The notes below the pieces were generated by a model, which searched no databases, was not told the origin of the DNA, and saw only the letters and a program-made list of their open reading frames with translations. A DNA stretch of 64,000 bases from Candidatus Thorarchaeota archaeon (lineage in GTDB: Archaea; Asgardarchaeota; Thorarchaeia; Thorarchaeales; Thorarchaeaceae), in assembly GCA_020348985.1 (NCBI GenBank), contig CP070761.1, forward strand, positions 1,305,747-1,369,746, given 5' to 3'. The translations under genes and the position numbers were made by a program. Shown in pieces: positions 18,087 to 27,553 of the stretch. Position 1 is the first letter of the stretch. Every line of letters begins with the position of its first letter.

Positions 18087-18449
18087 TTAAGGCCACAGCC
18101 ATACAGTGTCGAAGAAGGTCACGTTCCGGAGGTAGCTCTCTGAAGTCACCGTTCCTCTCACCACAACAATAGAATACAACCATGAAAATGTCAATCTCTC
18201 ATCAGAGAACATTAGACTGCCTGTTCCATCTGACAAGGTGGCAATGTAAGTACCACCCATCTGCTCCTGAAGGACTTGAGTAATGTTTCCTTTGACTGTG
18301 ACAGCAGTACCAATTGCAATAGTTCCATCGTTGATGTCGGAGATACTGGTTAGCTGGCCGATGCCATCATGCCACGCGACTACTGCTGCCGCCGAAACAA
18401 TTGAGACTAGCGAAAGAAGTGATACTACAAGTAGAATCCGTCTCCTCAA
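18087..18449 (-). CDS. Secreted/membrane-anchored OB-fold protein
   Basis: Signal-like N-terminus, VTVKGNIT..LSDGTGSL..VVVRGTV. Confidence 0.65.
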   Translation of the reverse strand: MRRRILLVVSLLSLVSIVSAAAVVAWHDGIGQLTSISDINDGTIAIGTAVTVKGNITQVLQEQMGGTYIATLSDGTGSLMFSDERLTFSWLYSIVVVRGTVTSESYLRNVTFFDTVWLWP

Positions 18450-18747
18450 GCCAATCCTCCTCTGAACAACAATGCTCCTTGATTGTGTTAAGGTTTGTGA
18501 CAGTATAGGTTCTGTACTCGTAAACTGGTTGTTCAGAGCTTCTGTTCAGTTGAACTCTATGTCACAACATAGGCAATAATGACCTCTCCAGAAGGTATAC
18601 GGCCTCCTCGCCATTTGCGGTTTTAAGTAAATCGCATTCGGAGCGGTTCATCTAATCAAAAAGAATAAACCGATTGTCACAACGCGTAAGATTTAAACTG
18701 GAGAGCAGTCTGAGCAACTAAGAGAGCCTGTAAGGAGAGTTGTTGGA

Positions 18748-19116
18748 ATGGTTGACAAGGCCAAGATTGAGAGTATTGTTGCAGATACGATGGCAGCAAA
18801 TGCTGACATTGAAGGGGTTGTTGTCTGTGATTCAAAGGCCAAGGTGATCTTTGGGCACACTGTGATGGCAGGTGTTAAGCACTCAGAAGTTGCGGATTTG
18901 GCAGTCAAGATTGCCACCAACTCCTCTGGGCTAGCTGGAAAGCTTGACAAGGGTGGACTTAACGAGGTCAGCATCGCTTCAGAGAAAGGCTTCATAATTG
19001 TACTCGGCGATGTGAAGATGGTTCTTGCAGGCATAGCAGGGGAGGGCGCTAGAGAATCTCTAGGGCTACTGAGAATGGCCCTCAGGCGTGCCCTCAGAGC
19101 GATGGTCGCTGACTAG
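18748..19116 (+). CDS. Roadblock/LC7-like protein
   Basis: IEGVVVCD, EVSIASEKGFII, SLGLLRMAL. Confidence 0.75.
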   Translation: MVDKAKIESIVADTMAANADIEGVVVCDSKAKVIFGHTVMAGVKHSEVADLAVKIATNSSGLAGKLDKGGLNEVSIASEKGFIIVLGDVKMVLAGIAGEGARESLGLLRMALRRALRAMVAD

Positions 19117-19317
19117 AATCAAAGCGCGCTGTTAGGGGTATCTTTTTCTGTGCATATAGTGTAGACCGCGCAACCGTGAGATGTATATCCAGATATACTG
19201 GCAGTATTACGGGTGTGTTACCAACCGCTAAGATGGGATATATTCCCTTGATAATCGGGGTAGACACGCCAAAAGGCATGCGAAAACGACACTCATAACA
19301 CCGGAAGGGAACGGATC

Positions 19318-22300
19318 TTGGTCTTCATTGACAAGCTTGTTTGCAAAGGCTTCAAGTCATTTGGCCGAGAGACCGTTACTATAAGATTGAACCCCGGTTT
19401 CACTTGCATTGTTGGCCCGAATGGTTCCGGAAAATCAAACGTTGTCGATGCAGTGTTGTTCGTCCTAGGCCAGTTAAGCGCCAAAACACTTCGAGCAAAC
19501 GTGTTCTCTGATCTCTTGTACTCTCCGCCGAAGCCTGATATGCCCCCAAGGGCCAAAGCCGCCTCTGTGGAGCTTCATTTCAACAACACCGATAGAAAGC
19601 TCCAGATAGAAGCAGACAAGGTCGTAATTGAAAGGGAGCTGGACGAATCAGGAAAGTCTGTTTGTAGGATAAACGGCAAGACAGTCACAAGAACCCAAGT
19701 CTTGGAGGTTCTTGGCAGCATCGGCGTCGATCCTAATGGGTACAATCTCGTGCTTCAGGGAGAGATAGCACAGATTGTCAAGGTAAGCCCAAATGACAGA
19801 AGGAAGCTCATCGAAGAAATCGCAGGGATATCTGCATATGATGAGCAAAAGGAGCGCGCCATGAAGAAACTTGCAGAGAGCGAGGCCAATCTTGGCAAAG
19901 TAGACATGCAGCTTCAGGAACGACGACGACAACTTGAGAGGCTAGAGCTCGAGAGAACCGATGCGCTACGCTACAATAGCATTCAAGACCAAATCAGGCA
20001 AATCAAGATTGACAATACTGCATGGAATCTAATCAAACAGAAACGACGAATAGAGGCAATCGATCATACTCTTCAACAGCGTGCCGTTGAGGCAGAGAAT
20101 CTGCAAAATCAGACCAAAGAGATCGAGAAGGGGATACTAGAAAGCGAGGCAGAGATAGAGGACATTGACGCTGAAGTCGATAGAATTGCCGGTGCAGATG
20201 CAAAGCTTGTTTCTGAGCAATACGGTCTAGTATCAGCTGCTCAGGACCATGCCGCCGCTGACCTCGATCGTGCAAAGAGTGAGTTCGATAGAACTTGGCA
20301 AGAACGTGAGAGCCTTGAGGGAGAGCTAAGGTCCGTAAAGGATGAGATAGAGCAATCAGAACAACAGATAGAGGAACAGGAAAAGAAGCTCTCTAGATTG
20401 GATGTTGAGATTGAGGAGACCTCTAAGGAGGTTGCTAGATTGGAGTCCAGACTGGAGAATGAACAGTCTTCGCTTCTCGAAGCAACTCACAGACTTCAGG
20501 ACCTCAACAAACAGATGGCTGCTTTGGATGAAGGAGTGTCAGAGGTACGGTCAGCCCTCAAGTCCGACAGGCGCGAACTTGGCCTTGTATACGAAGAACT
20601 CCAAGATACTGAGGAAGGATTGAGAAAGACGTTAGCCGAGCTTGAGGAGCTAGATGATATCTATCCTGCCAAGAGGACCAAGCTCGAGGAGGCAGAGGAA
20701 ACAGAGAAAGCTAAGCGCGCCGAGCTATATGACATTGAGGAGCGTCTAAAGACTGTTGATGCAGAAGTAAGAGAATCATCAAAAGTAGTTGGCTCGGCAC
20801 GGGATGAGCTCATTAGATTGGAGGCCCGGAAAGAGGCACTCCGGGAAGCCGAGGAGGCATTTCTGAAGAGGAGACGGGCCATTGCGAAAGTGCTGGAATT
20901 GAGGGATTCTGGAACAGTTGCAGGCATTTTGGGCACTGTAGCAGAACTTGGTACGATAAACCCGGATTATGCAGTGGCTTTAGAAGTTGCGGCCGGAAAC
21001 AGGCTTTCTCACATTGTTGTGGAAGATGAACACGTAGCAACTGAATGTGTAAACACTCTCAAGCGAGAACGGGTCGGTCGATCTTCTTTCATTCCTCTGA
21101 GTAAGATAAAGACACGCGCTCCCGGAAAGCCAGTCAAGGAAGAGGGTGTTGTCGGCTACGCACTGGACCTTGTGAGTTTCGATTCCAAAGTGCGGCCTGC
21201 TTTCGAGTTTGTATTCACAGACACTGTTGTGACTGAAGACTTTGAATCCGCAAAGCGGCTTGGGTTTAAAGGCAGAAGAGCAGTTTCGCTTGATGGAGAT
21301 CTTGTCGAAAGATCCGGATTAATCACCGGGGGACATTATCAGAGAGTAGCTACAGGGTTGTCGTTGCAGGAAGAGGATAGAAGTCCTGATGTAGCAGAGC
21401 GATTGGGCGGACTTGAGGAGATACTGGAATCTCTCAAGACTCAACAAGAAGACCTTAGAAAGCAGAAATCGGTTCTTGATCGCGAGCTTCAGGACCTTTC
21501 GAAGAAGAACTACAGAGACAGAATGGACCTCGAGAGGATTGAGGAGAGCCTTGAAGAAAAGAAAACCAGGGTCGTCACCCTGGAAGAGAAGCTTGAAAGT
21601 TCGAAAGCGTTGACGAAAGCACTTGAACAGCAAATATCGGAACTCCAGGAACGTGATACGGAATTAACGGCTCATCGAGAGGACGTACGCTCCAGACGAG
21701 ACGGCGTCAATGAAACTCTTGTCAAGTCTGATGTAGCGAACATCACTCAAGAGGGCAAAGATCTGAAGGAAATCCTTGAACACTATAAGCGTGAGAGAGA
21801 GACTCTTCTCGGTGAGATTACTGGATTGAGAGTTGGCTTGGATGAACGACTGAGACCCCGCATGGACGACTTGGATGGTCGGCTCAAGAAATTCAACGAT
21901 TTGCTGCCGACATTGGAGAAAGATGTCAAAGATCTCGAAGGCAGGCTAGCGGAGAAACAGAAACAGTTCGAGGATTTGAAACTCGAAAGGGAACGGATTG
22001 ACGGAGCAGTCAAAGACAAACGTGTCTACCAGTTGGAATTGAAGGAGAAACTCCGGAATCTAAGACTCGAACTCGAGGAGACAAGAGAAAATCAGACCAA
22101 CAATGAGAAGGCTGTCTATAGGCTCACAAGCGAGAGAGGGCGATTGGAGACAGACTCCGTAGCATTGTTTGCTGAACTGGATTCATTCTGTGAGGCGCAG
22201 GAAGAAGTCAGCAAGAGAGAGCAAAAGGAGGAGCCTACTCGTAGAGAAATTGACAACATGGATGAGAAGATTCTCGAGCTACAAAGAGAGCTTGAAGCGA

Positions 22301-22908
22301 TGGGACTTGTCAACCTGAAATCAATTGCTGATTACGAAATAGAGCGTGAGAAGTACGACGAAATAGTGGACAAGAAGAGGCGATTAGAAGACGAACACAA
22401 GGAGATTCTTGCATTCATGGAAGAAATTGAGGCTGAGAAAACGCGTAAGTTCCTGCAAGTATACAACGACATTGCAGACAACTTCTCGTCTGTCTTTGCG
22501 AAGCTATCCCCCGGAGGTGAAGCCAGCCTTATGCTTGAGAATCCGGAACATCCTTTGATGGGAGGCATAACGGTGCGGTCAAAGCCTCGCGGCAAGGATC
22601 TGGTCACGCTGGATGCAATGAGCGGCGGCGAGAAAACACTGACCGGCCTCGCACTGATCTTTGCTATCCAATTATACAGTCCGGCCAGCTTCTACGTATT
22701 CGATGAGATTGACGCCGCGCTAGATGATGTCAATGCCCACAACGTAGCTCTGTTGATCTCTGAAATGGCGAAATCGTCACAATTCGTAGTTGTGTCTTTG
22801 AGAGATACAACAGTTAGAAAGGCAGACTTGCTGATTGGCGTATCTAACCAAGATGGAATTTCAAGAATCGTTTCCGTGGACCTAGAGGAGGTGGGAGCTA
22901 CCGCATGA
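19318..22908 (+). CDS. smc: Chromosome segregation protein SMC
   Basis: GFKSF, GPNGSGKSN, coiled coils, hinge (G.ITGG), MSGGEK, FDEIDAALD. Confidence 0.97.
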   Translation: MVFIDKLVCKGFKSFGRETVTIRLNPGFTCIVGPNGSGKSNVVDAVLFVLGQLSAKTLRANVFSDLLYSPPKPDMPPRAKAASVELHFNNTDRKLQIEADKVVIERELDESGKSVCRINGKTVTRTQVLEVLGSIGVDPNGYNLVLQGEIAQIVKVSPNDRRKLIEEIAGISAYDEQKERAMKKLAESEANLGKVDMQLQERRRQLERLELERTDALRYNSIQDQIRQIKIDNTAWNLIKQKRRIEAIDHTLQQRAVEAENLQNQTKEIEKGILESEAEIEDIDAEVDRIAGADAKLVSEQYGLVSAAQDHAAADLDRAKSEFDRTWQERESLEGELRSVKDEIEQSEQQIEEQEKKLSRLDVEIEETSKEVARLESRLENEQSSLLEATHRLQDLNKQMAALDEGVSEVRSALKSDRRELGLVYEELQDTEEGLRKTLAELEELDDIYPAKRTKLEEAEETEKAKRAELYDIEERLKTVDAEVRESSKVVGSARDELIRLEARKEALREAEEAFLKRRRAIAKVLELRDSGTVAGILGTVAELGTINPDYAVALEVAAGNRLSHIVVEDEHVATECVNTLKRERVGRSSFIPLSKIKTRAPGKPVKEEGVVGYALDLVSFDSKVRPAFEFVFTDTVVTEDFESAKRLGFKGRRAVSLDGDLVERSGLITGGHYQRVATGLSLQEEDRSPDVAERLGGLEEILESLKTQQEDLRKQKSVLDRELQDLSKKNYRDRMDLERIEESLEEKKTRVVTLEEKLESSKALTKALEQQISELQERDTELTAHREDVRSRRDGVNETLVKSDVANITQEGKDLKEILEHYKRERETLLGEITGLRVGLDERLRPRMDDLDGRLKKFNDLLPTLEKDVKDLEGRLAEKQKQFEDLKLERERIDGAVKDKRVYQLELKEKLRNLRLELEETRENQTNNEKAVYRLTSERGRLETDSVALFAELDSFCEAQEEVSKREQKEEPTRREIDNMDEKILELQRELEAMGLVNLKSIADYEIEREKYDEIVDKKRRLEDEHKEILAFMEEIEAEKTRKFLQVYNDIADNFSSVFAKLSPGGEASLMLENPEHPLMGGITVRSKPRGKDLVTLDAMSGGEKTLTGLALIFAIQLYSPASFYVFDEIDAALDDVNAHNVALLISEMAKSSQFVVVSLRDTTVRKADLLIGVSNQDGISRIVSVDLEEVGATA

Positions 22909-23621
22909 GTGATGAAGAAGGCTCGCCTTTCTGGGCAGGACCTCCATATATTCTCCTGACTGATGTTCTTCAACTTGACAAGGTGAAACCATGGAATGTC
23001 GATGTTGGGAAGCTTGTCGCAGGCTTCCTTCGTGAAATGAGACGGCTGGGAGACATTGATTTCAGAATATCGGGAAATGCACTCTATTCCGCCTCAGTGA
23101 TTTTCATGAAAAAGACAAGGGAACTTGTCGAGCTGGGTCTATTACCCCCTGAGGAAGATGATGAGGACGAGGAACTAGAGATTCCTCTGATTAGGCCTCC
23201 CTTTAGAGTCACGAATCAACGCGTAACGCTTCAAGAACTACTAATCGCAATGGACAGAGTGTTGAGCAAGGGTGTAAGAAGACGTTCACCACCCACGAAA
23301 AGGAGACTAAGAGGTAGAGCGGACCCGTTGGCCTTCAAGATGGATTCTGCGAGAGCCAACGTTGAGGAGAATATTGCTCAGGTATACGGAGACCTTTGTG
23401 AGATAATGGAGATTGATGAAGTTGTCAAGTTTGTAGATATTCTTGTGAATAACAGCAGGATTGAGATTGTTAGAGTGCTCTTTGCACTCCTTCATCTTTT
23501 CGCACGCTCCTACATCGATATATGGATGGATGAGAGTGAGGAGATCTGGGTACAGCTTCTAAGCCCTCCACCGGAAGAAGATTCTGAAGAAGTCATAGAG
23601 CAGCAGGTCAGCCAGAGGTGA
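22905..23621 (+). CDS. scpA: Kleisin ScpA
   Basis: PWNVDV, VTLQELL, LFALLHL; directly after smc. Confidence 0.85.
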   Translation: MSDEEGSPFWAGPPYILLTDVLQLDKVKPWNVDVGKLVAGFLREMRRLGDIDFRISGNALYSASVIFMKKTRELVELGLLPPEEDDEDEELEIPLIRPPFRVTNQRVTLQELLIAMDRVLSKGVRRRSPPTKRRLRGRADPLAFKMDSARANVEENIAQVYGDLCEIMEIDEVVKFVDILVNNSRIEIVRVLFALLHLFARSYIDIWMDESEEIWVQLLSPPPEEDSEEVIEQQVSQR

Positions 23622-24181
23622 TTCCTGTGGAAGAAGACTTGGTCACTTTGGAGGCGGCATTATATGTCTCAGGTAGGCCCCTAACGATTGAGGAGCTAGC
23701 CGCGCTAATCGGAAAAGGGCAGTCTTCGACCAAGAAAATGCTTGAGGAGCTTGGTTTTGAGTATCGGAAGCGTGGCGGAGCACTCGAGGTGGTCGAGCTG
23801 CCGAGAGAAAGATATGTACTGCAACTTGTCCCGGAACTCACACCTCGTGTGAGCCGACTAATCCCCGGAGGTCTTCTGTCCTTTGCAACCCTTCAAACAT
23901 TGGTATACGTTGCCTTGAAACAGCCGATTCTCCAATCAGATGTAGTGGCCCAGCGAGGAACACATTGCTACGACCACATAAAGGAGCTAATGGAGAAGAA
24001 GTTCGTAGTAGCGACACCAGAAGGAAGGAGCAAGCTTCTTAGAACAACTCCACTCTTCGCAGATTACTTTGGACTCGACCCTGATATGGTTAAGATGAAG
24101 GCTCAGCTCAAGTTCAAGATGCGAAGAATGGTTGAAGATCAACAGATGACTGAAGAGCCTTCAAGTCCTGATATGCTCTAG
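23618..24181 (+). CDS. scpB: ScpB
   Basis: LEAALYVSGRPL, LQTL..VA.KQPI, TT..FADYFG. Confidence 0.92.
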   Translation: MIPVEEDLVTLEAALYVSGRPLTIEELAALIGKGQSSTKKMLEELGFEYRKRGGALEVVELPRERYVLQLVPELTPRVSRLIPGGLLSFATLQTLVYVALKQPILQSDVVAQRGTHCYDHIKELMEKKFVVATPEGRSKLLRTTPLFADYFGLDPDMVKMKAQLKFKMRRMVEDQQMTEEPSSPDML

Positions 24182-25191
24182 CAGACTCTTGGAATCGGCT
24201 CCCCGTAGGGCACCTGGATTATCTTTCGTCCACCCACTGCAGTCTTCATCACAACTCGTGTCTTACCCTCTCGGAGTTTCCCAATGACTTTCGCATCCCT
24301 GGTTTGTGGGGCTCTTCCGAGAGCAGCAAGGATACCCTTGGTTGAGGATGGATCAACAGCCATCAAAGCAGTACCCTCACAGCTCATATGAAGTGGATTC
24401 AAACCGAGGATTTCGCATAGTGAATTCACAGCTTTACGTACTGGAATGAGATTCTCGTCTATCTCCATTTCGAGTCCTGACTTTGAGGCGATCTCGTTCA
24501 GTGCGACAGCAGTTCCACCACGAGTAGGATCCTTCATTGCATGGACGCCACCAACATCAAGACACTCCTTGATTGGACTCCATAGAGGGGCAACGTCACT
24601 AACAAGGTCTGTCTTGAACTTCAGACCCTCCCGATGGGCGAGAAGCGCTGTGCCGTGGTCTCCTATTGGACCAGTTATGATCACATCGTCCCCTGCTTTG
24701 GCACCGCCATCTGTGATGGGTTCATCGAGATAACAGATGCCGATACCAGTTGTGGACATTATGAGCCCATCGAGTGTGCCCTTTGGCATGACTTTCGTAT
24801 CACCCGCGATCATTGCCACTCCCAAAGGCTCTATGATTTCATTGAGAGACGTCAGAACTTTCTTCAGTTCCGCTATCTCAAATCCCTCTTCAACTATCAC
24901 TGTGTTTGTCATAGCAAGTGGTTTTGCGCCCATTACAGCAAGATCATTGATTGTTCCGCAGGCTGCGAGAGTTCCAAGATCACCACCTGGGAAGAATACG
25001 GGATGTATTGTGTGCGCATCTGTGCATACTAGCAAATCTATGTCTTCAGTCTGGATAGTGGCGCCATCGTCCATCTCTTCGAGACCTATGGTACCAATCT
25101 TCTTTCGACCAAATGAGGGGATTATGACTCCCTCAAGCAGACGCTGCATTACTCTTCCACCAGCACCATGTGCCGATTCAATCTGGGTCAT
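24178..25191 (-). CDS. hypE: Hydrogenase maturation carbamoyl dehydratase
   Basis: HGAGG, FFPGGD.G, GDTKV, DPTRGG, C-terminal PRVC. Confidence 0.95.
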   Translation of the reverse strand: MTQIESAHGAGGRVMQRLLEGVIIPSFGRKKIGTIGLEEMDDGATIQTEDIDLLVCTDAHTIHPVFFPGGDLGTLAACGTINDLAVMGAKPLAMTNTVIVEEGFEIAELKKVLTSLNEIIEPLGVAMIAGDTKVMPKGTLDGLIMSTTGIGICYLDEPITDGGAKAGDDVIITGPIGDHGTALLAHREGLKFKTDLVSDVAPLWSPIKECLDVGGVHAMKDPTRGGTAVALNEIASKSGLEMEIDENLIPVRKAVNSLCEILGLNPLHMSCEGTALMAVDPSSTKGILAALGRAPQTRDAKVIGKLREGKTRVVMKTAVGGRKIIQVPYGEPIPRVC

Positions 25192-25342
25192 TGAGATTCC
25201 TCCGACAACCTGAGAGCAGGACAATCATCTATCTTTATGAACGAGGCGGTGACCAATAGTCCAATGCTGCCGGTAGCCACGAAGCAACATTTAAAACAAC
25301 ACTTCGGAGTGCGTCAGTGACCCTTACTAGAGGTAGTCAGAA

Positions 25343-25720
25343 ATGGGCGTATGGCATCGACGTTCTGGACGAATATCCACAGGAGCTAGACGGAAGCGTT
25401 TCATGAGCAAGAGAAAGCATGAGATGGGCAGAACTCCGACAGAGACCCTGATGGGAGAACCTAAGCGTAGAATAATCGATAGTAGGGGAATAAGGAAGAA
25501 AACGCCCGCATTGGCCTTGATACAGGTCAACGTTACGGATCCGAAGAAGAACGAAACCGTCAGGGCAGAGCTCGAGGATGTTGAAGAAAACTCTGCGAAC
25601 ATGGACTACCAGCGCCGAAAGGTCATTACAAGAGGAACAATAATCAGGACCTCAAAGGGCAGAGCTCGAGTCACAAGCAGACCAGGTCAAGATGGTATTC
25701 TGAACGCCGTTTTAATTTGA
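25343..25720 (+). CDS. rps8e: 30S ribosomal protein eS8
   Basis: KRKHEMGR, VITRGTII, VTSRPGQDG. Confidence 0.95.
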   Translation: MGVWHRRSGRISTGARRKRFMSKRKHEMGRTPTETLMGEPKRRIIDSRGIRKKTPALALIQVNVTDPKKNETVRAELEDVEENSANMDYQRRKVITRGTIIRTSKGRARVTSRPGQDGILNAVLI

Positions 25721-26107
25721 TTGTCCGGGAGCAATCTCGACCTCAATGTTGGTTATTACAAAATCCTTGCCGCCAGTTATGTCGGTGGCACTGCTTCCAC
25801 ATTCAGAGCATTTCATCGGAGAGAACATAGCAATCTGTGGAGCTATTTCTGTATCCACCTTCGTCTCACCCTCATGTCCACACTTTTGACATTTAACTCT
25901 CCCCTGAACTGTGGTTATGTTCAGACTTGCCCCCTCCATAATTGTGTCTCTGCTAGCAATCTCAAAGTTGAATTCAAGCTGTTCTGGTACAAGGAAAGTG
26001 AACTCGCCAACCTCAACATTGACCGCTGTGATTCTCTTCACTCTATGGCCTTTGGCCCCCTCAAGGGCTGCTTCGACGATTGAACAAGCGGCTGAGAACT
26101 CGTGCAT
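25712..26107 (-). CDS. hypA: Hydrogenase nickel metallochaperone
   Basis: MHE start, VGEFT, CQKC..CSEC. Confidence 0.93.
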   Translation of the reverse strand: MHEFSAACSIVEAALEGAKGHRVKRITAVNVEVGEFTFLVPEQLEFNFEIASRDTIMEGASLNITTVQGRVKCQKCGHEGETKVDTEIAPQIAMFSPMKCSECGSSATDITGGKDFVITNIEVEIAPGQSN

Positions 26108-26242
26108 GAGACACCGTCCTATGCGGCCAACAATAGCCGCTGTTAAGTTGTTTTTGTTCTGTCCGCCTTCTTTAAGACCACTTATTAGAAAGAGTTGGGT
26201 CTGGCACTGTGGCCAACCACAGGGATTCCGGGAGGTAGCGTA

Positions 26243-26872
26243 GTGTCAAAGTCTTCGAAGAGAAGTGGAAAGAAAACAGTGAGCAAGGCAGCGAAAGCTT
26301 CTTCGAAGAAACCTAAGAAAACATCAGCGATGACCACCAAGAAGGCAGACACCAAGGCCAAGGAACCAGCAAAGAAGCCAAGCAAACCGAAGAAAGCAAC
26401 TCCCAAGAAGCCCAAGAAGAAGAAGGTCGCTAAGAAGAGTACACAAATGAAGGTGGCGAAGAAGAAAACCCCTCCGAAGAAAAAGGCGGCCAAGAAAGAG
26501 GTAAGCGAAATTGATGACTTGTTGGTTGAGCTGCAGAGTGATGATGAGCAGGTCGTATTAGGAGCGGTAGATAGACTCGGAGAAGTTGATGATCCCAATG
26601 CAACAGGCCACCTGATAGCCTGTCTGAGGGACACAAGACATATTGTTAGACTCTATGCAGCAGTTCAGCTCGGTGAACGACAAGACCAGAAAGCTGTGGA
26701 TTCGTTGATTGAGGCTCTAGGTGACAGCTCACTTTTCGTGAGACAGACAGTTGCAGGGGCATTGGAGAACATCGGTAGTAAGAAAGCTCTCAAGGCTATC
26801 GAAAAAGCTGAGAGTGAGGGACTCTTGCTTGACGAACTTCCAGAAGGGATTCGACTGCGTCAGCGCCCTTGA
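26243..26872 (+). CDS. Lys/Ala/Pro-rich histone H1-like tail fused to HEAT repeats
   Basis: About 85 aa K-rich low-complexity region, then three PBS-lyase-type HEAT repeats; SD GGAGGT before GTG. Confidence 0.8.
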   Translation: MSKSSKRSGKKTVSKAAKASSKKPKKTSAMTTKKADTKAKEPAKKPSKPKKATPKKPKKKKVAKKSTQMKVAKKKTPPKKKAAKKEVSEIDDLLVELQSDDEQVVLGAVDRLGEVDDPNATGHLIACLRDTRHIVRLYAAVQLGERQDQKAVDSLIEALGDSSLFVRQTVAGALENIGSKKALKAIEKAESEGLLLDELPEGIRLRQRP

Positions 26873-26948
26873 GAGCTGTATGTGCAACAACTGCTTATAT
26901 TGCAGGCTGCGTTCAGCAAACTACCAATCGCTGGAGACTGGACATAGT

Positions 26949-27479
26949 ATGGGCGATGAAATCGGAGAGGTCGAAGCCGCCATTAAGGATCTTGACTTGG
27001 ATTACATGCGTGGATTGGTTTCTGAGGATGAGTATCAGCTGAGAATGGCTCAGCTTAGATCGAAGCTTGAAGCGGTTGGTGGCAAAGTCGAGGTTTTGTC
27101 CTCAGTGGCGGATTCGTCGAGCACAGCGGGTGGGGAGACCATCGCTGGACAGCCTTCCAAGGCCGCAATGACTGACCCAGTCACAGCCGTCAAGAACGTG
27201 ATTCACGCCTTTCGGAGAATTCCGATTGAAAGAATCTCCCAAGAGTCTGGAGTCAATGCGCCGTATGTAGCGAAAATTCTTAGTGATCTATTGGATGGTC
27301 GCGAACTCTCTGGTCATGTTGATCATGACGCCGGGGATTTCATCCTTGGAACTGGCACGGGTCCAGCACCAAAGTCGATTTCGGCCTGTCCATACTGCAA
27401 AAATGAACAGAAACGCGTTGCAGTCAGAGGTGAGACTGTTACATGCGGCGTGTGCAAGGAATCGTTTATTGTCACCTAA
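26949..27479 (+). CDS. SHOCT-like + PCI-like winged helix + Zn ribbon protein
   Basis: GLVSEDEY; RRIPIERIS..VAKILSDLLDGRELSGHVD; CPYC..CGVC. Confidence 0.65.
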   Translation: MGDEIGEVEAAIKDLDLDYMRGLVSEDEYQLRMAQLRSKLEAVGGKVEVLSSVADSSSTAGGETIAGQPSKAAMTDPVTAVKNVIHAFRRIPIERISQESGVNAPYVAKILSDLLDGRELSGHVDHDAGDFILGTGTGPAPKSISACPYCKNEQKRVAVRGETVTCGVCKESFIVT

Positions 27480-27553
27480 TACAGACCGATTATCAAGAGA
27501 TATATCGAAGTGAGCTACCTTTTGGTGCCAAGATAGGCATGGTGGTTCTTTAG

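Noticed and set aside
19117-19317. Possible ncRNA upstream of smc
   Set aside because: Only a short GTATATC/GATATAC inverted repeat; no recognisable RNA family structure.
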